A DNA stretch of 64,000 nt from the NCBI GenBank assembly GCA_012295275.1, contig CM022679.1, positions 21,018,001 to 21,082,000 of the forward strand, given 5' to 3'. The position numbers and the translations under genes are program-made. Source of the stretch: Chrysomallon squamiferum. Taxonomy: Eukaryota; Animalia; Mollusca. Within the stretch, counting starts at the first letter, position 1. Every line of letters starts with the position of its first letter. Below, one piece after another: positions 54,630 through 64,000 of the stretch. Below the pieces are notes generated by a model that was not told the DNA's origin, did no database searches, and saw only the letters and a list, made by a program, of their open reading frames with translations.

Positions 54630-56004
54630 ATATGAATAAATCTGTTCAATTCGAGTTTTGTTTGAAAAGGAACTGTTGAATCTTCCAAACTATACTACCG
54701 AAAGGTACGTTTGTTAAATTTTAAAAATATTATTTTTATCTATATTGGAAGTAAATTTAGGCATATACATTACAAGTATTTGCACTTTAGTAACGTCGAA
54801 AGATACTTATTTTTAAATACACAATTAAATTCAGCCGAATAACAAGCGAACAAAACAAAACAAACCTCCCCCCCCAAAAAAACATAAGAAAAAAAAAAAA
54901 AAAACACAAAACGCACAAGCAAGGAAGAAAAAATTAAAAATAAATAAATAAATAGACAAGCACGCAATTAAAAAAAAAAAAAAAAAATGAGATCCTCTTT
55001 ACAAACTTTGCTTTCTTCTCAGACTTAATGTTAGAAATTTAATTTCTGTTTTATCATTTTCTTTCATTTCTCTCTCTCTTTGTTTTATAATTGTTTTAAC
55101 ATTTCAAACGAATCCCACAATCTTTGGTCTTTATGAAAAATAACATGTACTTACATGCTACGAATTTTTCTGAAGCAAGCAATGGCTGGCTTTTTGATGT
55201 TATTTTCAATGGATAACTATTTCTGTCTCAGAAACCGCGAATTAATAAAAAAAAAAAAGTTTTAAAATGAGTATCCCCTTTCAGCTAACTAAAGCATGTA
55301 ATTACCAGTAGCACGCCAACATAATTTTCAGAAAAAAAAAAAATAAAAAAAAAAAAAAATCTACGACCTACATAATGCAGTCATCTTTAACAGTGACAAA
55401 TATCTATTTTATTTCACAGCGACTGGTTGATGGTATCATCCTAAAGTACACCGATGATGCTAACGTTTCTTAATAAACACCGATGTCTATAAACACTTAT
55501 GTATAATAAAACAGGTAATCTCCTGTCTCATTAATAACTGCTAGGTTCAAATCTCGCTGGGGAACTTGTGCCAGAGCGTAGATAAAATGTGAAAGCTATC
55601 ACGAGAAAAGGAAATCTTGAGTTGTAGAATGTTTATTTTATTCAAGAAGCAGATATACATAATTGTGTGATCTCTGTCTTACCAGGTTCCAGGCCCGGAG
55701 ATATACAGAATCATCGAGTAAAGGAAATCTGCAGAACTCGACAGAAAAAAAATTGCTCCCCCGAGGGAGACATGACGTTAGTTTATCTGGAAAGAATAAG
55801 AGAAAATAGCATCAAGCTGTGAAGGGTCTCATCGATAGCTTTTTCTAAGTGAGCAGAGAGAGAGAGAGAGAGAAATTTCAAAAACGAGATTCAGAAGACA
55901 AATTTTTAAAAGCAAAAGTGAATGACAAACGAAAACTACAGAATGAATGAGACACAAATAATCAGAAAGAAAGAAAGAAAGAAACATGGTCATATTATTG
56001 AAAA

Positions 56005-56008
<4 letters not shown>

Positions 56009-56068
<60 letters not shown>
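56009..56068. repeat. (CT)n microsatellite
   Basis: Pure CT run. Confidence 0.95.
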
Positions 56069-56071
<3 letters not shown>

Positions 56072-56521
56072 TACAGAAAGACATAGAAAAGGGGTGAGTC
56101 AGATAGACAAACAAAGAGTGAGACAATAAAACTATTATTCACAGGTACAACGTACAGTATTTTCCAAAGTGTATCTAATTGTGTGTTTAATGACAGCTAA
56201 ACGTGTAAAAAGGGGAGCATATGGCCAGTGACAAAGCGGCCCGTGGAAGTGTACACGGTGAGACTGGAAACAGGTTTATGGAGGGCTGTGAATGGGGGTC
56301 GGTGTTGGGTTGCGTACGGCCGTGTCCTCCTCCTGAATTACGCACATTACAAGTAACGACTGTGTTAAAGCTTGTCTCTGTCCGACTTAAAGACACACTA
56401 AACCAGAGAGGTGGTCCTCTTCACATTTGCATTCCCATTAAATTTTTGTCATGCCTCGGTGACTTAATGAATGAGCGAGGCTGAAGTTAAGGCCGAGATT
56501 TTGGATGAAAATATCGTTGTA

Positions 56522-56524
<3 letters not shown>

Positions 56525-56609
<85 letters not shown>
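56525..56609. repeat. (GA)n microsatellite
   Basis: Pure GA run. Confidence 0.95.
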
Positions 56610-56612
<3 letters not shown>

Positions 56613-57276
56613 AAAACTCGTGTTTTATTTATAGCAATAAAATTTATGAACAAACAAGCAAAGACTGCGTTCAGTTTAAGTAAAGACTATTTATTTCTCT
56701 TTTTTTTCTTTCTTTCTTTTTTTTTTTTTCTTCTCCACATGACAATGAATAAGGAATCAGTTATAGTGAATAAGAACTTTTAATAATTTATTTCATGTAA
56801 AGAACAGAAAAGAAAACTATACATTATCCAAATGATTTCCTTCGCATGATATTTCCTACCTTATATCCTCCTTCTTCCAGAACCCTATACCACCTTGTTT
56901 TCTCTCCCACCAAATAATCTATTAACCATTTTGCGTTCACGCAAGTTGTTAGTTTTAAAAATAAAATAATCTTTAAAATCACTGCATTCTGCGTCTCCTA
57001 GCAATATATGCAAGTGAGCTGTATGTTGATCCTTAAACGTTAGCAGAAGGTGCATACTTGTGAGAGAATATCGACTAAACGAAATTACATTTCCCAACTT
57101 TTCATTTTCTTTTTTCTTTTTTTTTTTTCCTTTTTTTTTTTTTCTTCTTCTTTTTTCACCTAGCTGTATATGACTGCGTGGATTTATTATCGCTAACTGG
57201 ATGAAATGAGAATAACCGATGTCATCAAACATTTTAAACTGTTTTCGTTTCACCACTACAGTAATTTCATAACACA

Positions 57277-57474
57277 GTGAGCGCTCGCTCGTCTGTACAA
57301 GCTTGTGTCAGTTGTTGGACTAGTCTCGTTCTCGCCGCTATTCAAGCGAGTCCAATCTTTGTGAATCCGCCCGCCACACCGCGCGCTCTTCTTGCCGTCT
57401 GCTCGCACGGACAGCGGTATTGGCTAGGCTTGGTATCTGCCTTCCTTGTCCGGAGTGTGGACAACAGCTGACAG
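57277..57474 (+). promoter_or_regulatory. GC/CpG-rich island: candidate promoter and non-coding first exon of a plus-strand gene
   Basis: Markedly GC-rich block with Inr-like TCAGTT at 57308, GC-box-like CCGCCC at about 57367, no ATG before a consensus donor CAG|GTATGT at 57475, and a second donor CAG|GTAAAA at 57652. Confidence 0.45.
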
Positions 57475-57654
57475 GTATGTGGGTATTGTCCAAAACTCAG
57501 GTATCTCTGGAAACAGGTCATTTTACAGCCACGTTTCCTCGGTCGTTACATTTTATTCTGCAAGAGGACAGGGTTCAATTAAACTTTGTAATAACGACAG
57601 AAGAGTGGAAAGAGTAGTTAACAGTTAGAAGCAGACGACAGTAAATTACAGGTA

Positions 57655-57691
<37 letters not shown>

Positions 57692-58765
57692 CACGAAGTG
57701 AATTTCATTTTATTTCAGTTGTGTTATTTTAAATTAAAAAAAAAAATATATATATATATGAGAGGAAAGAAAGAAGGAAAATAAAACTGTTTATGTTATG
57801 TGTATAAAATAACGAATTAAAAATATGTTTTTATTATTGTATTCGATCTATTCATACGTCGTGTTTGAAATTCTTGAGATATTTATAGCTATAGAGGGTA
57901 GCGCGTCGCGAATTTTTTTTTTTCTTCTAACTTCTTTACAAACTGAATCAGTGAGTCGGAAATTACTCCTCTTTATTCAGTGAAATGCCATGACGGGACC
58001 TCGACAGGGACCTTCCAAGACTCCATTTTAATAGTAAGGCTATTAAAAACAAACTCGTTGTTGATATAAAAGTGATATAGGTAAAACGAGTGTAACTGTA
58101 GAATAGACTTTAAGTACGAGATTTTTTGTAAGACAGAGATGTATGTTAGAATATAAAAAGTATAGGTGAAATATATAAATTAGAATATTATATTTTTATT
58201 TCATGTGCGGAATCCGAAAACATCTGTTCAGAGTTAAAATAATAATAATTAAAGCAGAAACTTAAATATTTTAAATTAAAATAATTAATTTTGTAATAGT
58301 AAATTATTGTAAATTAAATTATGTATAATATAAAGAAGACATATTTTTGTTTTGTGTTTATCTTTGTTATTAATACATTTATTTTTGCTTCTTTCTTTCT
58401 TTCTTTTTTATATTTAATTTTGATTACATTTAAGTTTAGTATAAAATTTAAGGTTCATTGTAATGTTAGGAGTTACGTATGGAGCATTGTTTGTATTTTA
58501 TATTTTATTTTGAAAGTATATTTCTTTATTTCATTAATATAAGTATCTCTAAGCATTTCAGTTTTTAGAATCTTAAATTAACAGCAGAATACTGTATTAT
58601 TTTATTTCAAAGAATATTTTATCGATACATAATTATCTTTCATTATACAGTGATACGCTATATAAAACATAAAAAAGAAACAAATGTTGTGAAATTTTTT
58701 GGTTAAAATTTTTAAATAGGAAAGAAAATATATAAACAATCGTAAGATAATAATAATACTCCTAC

Positions 58766-58884
<119 letters not shown>

Positions 58885-59349
58885 AATGATGATGTAATGA
58901 AAAAGAAAGATTAAATGCTGTAACAATAAAACCAAAAAAAAAAAAAAAAAAAAATGAAACAATTAAATGGCAATTTTATCGCTGAATTATTTATTAAATA
59001 CAACGGGAACAGAACCCTACTGTGTTTTAACATGTTATTACTATCATTATTTTCATTACGAAGTGCAATAACTGCAGTGTTTTCATTCCAGAGAGAAAAG
59101 AGAAGAACATGTGTCTACGGATTCGTTAAGGAATTTGTTACAGGCAAAGTTTTGCCAGGGATAAGTTCGTCGTCTTGAGGGTTTACTTGTGAAAAAAACA
59201 CAACAACAACACAGTTATAGTTGTGTATGATCACTACTGTGGAGATTTACGTGTGTTTTGCCGTTCAGTCGTTCTGGCTGGTGTTAGAAGCGCAAGCTGC
59301 AAGTGAGGCAGTATTCCACGGAATGGGGACACTGTAACAGGATACAGAT

Positions 59350-59419
59350 ATGAACAGAAGAATTCCGCAGACACTCTTTTTAGCGCTTGTCGGAGTCGTG
59401 CTTGTGCCAAGCGTTACAG
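59350..59419 (+). CDS. Putative first coding (signal-peptide) exon of an unidentified secreted or type I membrane protein
   Basis: Encodes ATG-initiated MNRRIPQTLFLALVGVVLVPSVT(G): basic n-region, hydrophobic h-region and a small-residue V-T-G cleavage motif. It ends at a phase-1 donor CAG|GTAATC (59420). An Inr-like TCAGTC lies at 59265. Confidence 0.55.
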
Positions 59420-61606
59420 GTAATCACGTCTACCGGGATTCAGTTACGTAGTGTTGCAAGGGGGAAGCAACAACGCTATTTCCACACAGTTCGCTGATCT
59501 AAGGCTTCGCACCCAATTACACTGTAATAGTCCGTAGTGGAATGACCTCGTTTAGAACGACAGCCACACCATAATCATATTTTTATTTTTTATTATATTT
59601 GTGTCCCCATTATTTCTTCTTCTTCTCCTTCTTCTTCTTCTTCTAAATAATGTTTACTATTTTGAAAGTTAACACCTATAATGATAATATCACCTACTTT
59701 TTTCTAAATTCTTGATCCGTGCCGCTATCATAAAGAAGTAACACGTAAAACAGAATTCTGCATTTTTTTTTATACGTATATATATATATATATATATAAG
59801 ATGGAATAATAAACAAAGAGTTAAGTATTAACCCATACAGACGTATCAGTTAAATACATGTGTGCGAGATTACCTACATATAGATGATATACAGGCCTAT
59901 ACACCATACACCGAGTCGAACCGGAGCTTTTCACTGGAGTAATTCAGAAAACCGATTGTAGTAAATTAACAGGGCGAAATCTTTTTGAAAGTAATTATCG
60001 GATATAGCAATGTGGGAAATTTGTGTCAGTTGTTGGACTAACCTCGTTCATTCAGTAAAGATATATATATATATATGCGTGTGTGTTTAAGCTATATTTT
60101 GAGAGTTTCTTTTTCGTATGAATGTACAGAATGGTAGAGACTAATGAAAGAAAGGAAGAAAAACTACGACAGTATATATATTTTTTTTTTCAAAATAGAA
60201 TAATGAAATATCCTAACGAAATGGCGGACCCAGGATTTTAGAGACGATAAGAGCATTCCCATTATGAAATAAATTCAGTGACAAAGTATTAAATAAAATA
60301 GGGAAAACAAAATGAAATAAAACCCCAAAATCGTGAATAAATTCCTATAATTAACATTTGTTATCATTTCTGAAAGCTCAGTAATATTTCTCCATTCCGC
60401 AGCATGCTGTTTCAAAGTTATAATAGTAAACAGAAAAAATAAAATGACAATACAATAAATTAATTAAAAATAATAGAAACTGATATAACAGAAATTCTAA
60501 TTTAGCTTTACTTAATTTCGATATTTACAGACTACTTAACTTGTTTTCATAACAAACGTAATTAGTTACGATTTTAAAATATTCAATATTATCGATAACT
60601 GGGTTTGTGGATTGGTCTGGGCTTTCCTGACACCTGCGTTTATTACGTTTATGAAAATACAGATACTGTACACAGTTTTGTAGCTGAACATGCAAAGCCC
60701 TTGTCACCAAGGACTTTCTTGGATCCGCACCTAGTTATGATCAGTTCACTGACTTACTGTTTGCGATACTGTAGATCAAATCAAGTAGTAAACACATATC
60801 AATCACCTGCACTTTTAACCTGCAGCACTTCGTTTTATCTTTTACAGCTTATCTGGTGACATCAAAAAAATAAAAAATAAATATAGTTTTCATAAAGATA
60901 GTATTATTATAATCGAAAACTTGATCAGTACGAAAATAGAGGGATGGACATTTCAACATGATCAGATAATGAACGATAGGGATATATATATTTATAATCT
61001 TTCCTGGAGGTCGGCCATACTGGAAAAACAATTCGTAAGTAACACATATTCAACCCCGTCTGTATCTTAGAGGTTAAAATACGTTAGAATGGACTTAACC
61101 CAACATCTAACATCTAAGAAATTTCATCACATCCAAACTTCCAGATTGATAAAGAAAAAAGACATTTGAAAATCTGCGCTAAATTTCAACGAAAAACAGG
61201 TAAACCTGATTACTGACTGGTAATTCTGTTGATTTAATTAATTTCATCACTTCAAGTTCCAAAGTGAACCATTTGATTTATAAAATATGAATAATTAATT
61301 GCCGTACAAGTTAGTTCTATTTATAAAATATGAATAATACGTTTAGTTCTGAAAAGACTATTCTTGTATCACTTATCACGGGCAAGGTAAACATGACTGT
61401 TACAGACATACAAGGGGTCCCTATTTTTTATTGTTCTGATCTCAGATTAATTCGTAATTTCATTATGCAGAAGCATTTATATATATATACAGTGTATTGA
61501 AATTTGCTTTTAAATACAGTAATAAATTTCTACCCCTATAAATGTTTTTTCATACATTTCTATATTTATTATTCAGTGGATATTAGATATTAATATATAT
61601 ATATAA

Positions 61607-61639
<33 letters not shown>

Positions 61640-62531
61640 ATCCGTTTCTTTGTGTAGGCCTGTATTACTTCAGCCAGATTCAGACACTTGAAGTAGAACG
61701 TAGTGACATTTTCTTCTCATAGGTCATGTGTACTTCATTTGCAATTCATAACTCCGCAGACGTCTCGCAAAAAAAAAAAAAAAAAAAAAACCATTAAAAA
61801 AACATTAAATATATAATTAACGAATTTAACTGAATAATTTTAGTAACATTTAACAAACTAACTGTCTTCAGACTGTGGTATGTCAAACATCTGTAGATGC
61901 TTAGAACAAGTTTATTTTTGATTTAATTAATTTATTTGTTTATTTATTTATTTGTTTATTTATTTGTTTATTTATTTATTTATGTTTTTATTTACGTTTC
62001 TATTTTTATTTTTATTTTTATTATTTATTTAATTTTTTTTTTTTTTTTGAAATTGGCTTTTTGGTTCTTTCAGTAAAACGCATTCCATACGTAGACGGTT
62101 GGCCCATTACGAGTAAGTTTATTTCACTATGAGTTATTGCATTTGTCGCAACGACTAGATTCAGCCTTTGTCAGACTTTAAGTAGAACACAACAATGAAC
62201 CTTTGCTGAGCAGTTCGTTTCTTAATACATGACATAATAATTATAGACCTTCGAACGTGTACACCTGGTAACGTTACAGCACAATTATGGCTGTCCGCGG
62301 TCGCAAGAAGTGAATTGAATGACTCTTATTACAGAGAACCAGCAACACAACGTTATGTCAAACAGTTCTGTTACAAAACTGGGGCATTTTCTTCCTAGGA
62401 TGAAGCCGTTTTTCGTTGGATTTATAAACTTTTCTCAGTACAAAGAACAGACCAATCATAACCAAAACCGCAACACACTATGTTAGGCCGTTTTTAGCGA
62501 GTTCAGGGGAGGGGGCAATTTCATGAGAACC

Positions 62532-62562
<31 letters not shown>

Positions 62563-62936
62563 AATTAATAATAATAATAATGGATTACGTCTTGAAAGTC
62601 ACATAAACCAAAATGGTGGCGCCATTTCCCTGTTTCTGAAATCATGGATCTTCCCCCAGAAAGATTTTATAGTGCCGCCTAACTCTGGTTTTGCATGAGT
62701 TTAACTAGCTTCCTAAAATAACACAGACGGCAACTTGATAATGAACAACTATCACAAGTGGAGATTCTTTCAGCAATAAAATTAATGAATTTTTAACGAC
62801 ACCCCAGAATATTTTATTTTTAAAGATTACTGTCGTAATATTCCTATCTAATAATAAAGTTTAAGGCGAAACCTGATGTTGTCATTCACCACAGAAAGAA
62901 AAAAAAAAAAAAAAAAAAAATAAAAAAATGTTTATA

Positions 62937-63139
62937 AGTTCTGTTAAATCTTTTAGACAGAACATAGACTAAAATTCTAGAAACCATAGCTCTGTTTATC
63001 AGTTCTGTTAAATCCTTTACACAGAACATAGACTAAAATTCTAGAAACCACAGCACTGTTTATTAGTTCTGTTAAATCCTTTACACAGAACATAAACTAA
63101 AATTCTAGAAACCACAGCACTGCTTAACAGTTCTGTTAA
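62937..63139 (+). repeat. 64-bp tandem repeat, about 3.2 copies, each with an internal hairpin
   Basis: Units start at 62937, 63001, 63065 and 63129 (AGTTCTGTTAAATCCTTTACACAGAACATAGACTAAAATTCTAGAAACCACAGCACTGTTTAT...). Confidence 0.92.
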
Positions 63140-63517
63140 TTATATTCTTTCCCTGTCGAGCTGATAGATAGACAGGTGATAAACAATTCAGATCTGTCTA
63201 TAACAATTTACAGTTGAGCATTCTCCATATTAAACCTAATATTAATAAAAGTTAATATAGACTATGTTGAGAAGATGTCGTTAAACAAGCACTCATTCAT
63301 TTATCAGGTAATATAATTGGAATGTGCTGCCTGTCGGTCACAGAGTGCCGTTTTAGAGTGCAGTTGTCTTGTTCGTGGGCTTGCTTTGTTTGCTTCGCTC
63401 TTTAGAATGTTTCGCCATTAAAGAAAATAAGCAGTTCCAGTTATAATGACTCTTTAATGATTTATGTTATATTAAGTTTGTTTGTTATTTTACATGAACA
63501 TACAAATATTTAAATTG

Positions 63518-63660
<143 letters not shown>

Positions 63661-63725
63661 CATTTATATAAGAGAGAAAACACCTGTACATTGTCACTAA
63701 TAAAATTTGTTTCTTTTCTCTCCAG

Positions 63726-63757
63726 GTGACTGTTTGCATTCTGGATCAAGTTATTTG
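63726..63757 (+). CDS. Putative 32-nt micro-exon; reads (G)DCLHSGSSYL if spliced to the 59350-59419 exon
   Basis: Branch-like CACTAAT (about 63695), polypyrimidine tract TTTGTTTCTTTTCTCTCCAG and consensus donor GTGAGT at 63758. It is open in the phase-1 frame. Coding status is unproven and it could be a UTR exon. Confidence 0.4.
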
Positions 63758-64000
63758 GTGAGTTCAGTTTTTATTACAAGCGTACGATACAGCAGCGAGA
63801 TATATATGAAATACTGATCTTGCACAATCATATTGTAACAAGATTTGTTGGTTATCAGCTTTGAAACAAAGGAAGACTGGTATCGTTAAACACGGGACTG
63901 TTTTTATGTTCGCAAGCTGTGAATTTTAAACGATCGTAGTGAATTATGTAATTATGTAATCTGCGGAGACAACAGGCAAAGATCACATTCAGACATTTAT

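Noticed and set aside
55540-55570. GGTTCAAATCTC B-box-like motif
   Set aside because: No upstream A-box or cloverleaf; at most a SINE scrap.
56221-56484. 87-aa ATG-initiated ORF MASDKAARGS...
   Set aside because: The shared MASDK start with eIF4E appears coincidental. There is no further similarity, domain or splice support.
60221-62520. Short GC-rich words (TGGCGGACCCAGGATTTT at about 60222; TAGGCCGTTTTTAG...GGGGGAGGGGGCAA at about 62484) resembling DNA-transposon termini
   Set aside because: No paired inverted terminus or target-site duplication could be identified.

Overview
This is AT-rich, microsatellite-dense eukaryotic genomic DNA from an invertebrate, probably a lophotrochozoan such as a mollusc (inferred from protein features and repeat content, not proven). 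Most ORFs in the supplied track are simple-repeat artefacts. Reading splice sites by hand gives three complete, frame-consistent, intron-containing genes on the minus strand: a 3-exon class C GPCR (metabotropic glutamate receptor-like, 862 aa, 1200-4728), a 7-exon class I eIF4E (218 aa, 21623-26392) and an 8-coding-exon SPARC/osteonectin (266 aa, 28130-33094). There is also an intact tRNA-Gly(TCC) at 44599-44670. A probable fourth gene starts on the plus strand with a signal-peptide exon (59350-59419) and a 32-nt micro-exon (63726-63757). Mobile and repeated DNA includes a decayed hAT transposase, two Tigger/pogo-like remnants and several minisatellites. I found no CRISPR array, operon or demonstrably new biological system. 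The best leads are the altered ligand pocket and missing dimer cysteine of the mGluR-like receptor, the unannotated secreted-protein gene, a minisatellite built from a tRNA-like A-box, the SPARC-eIF4E linkage and an apparent gene-body methylation footprint.
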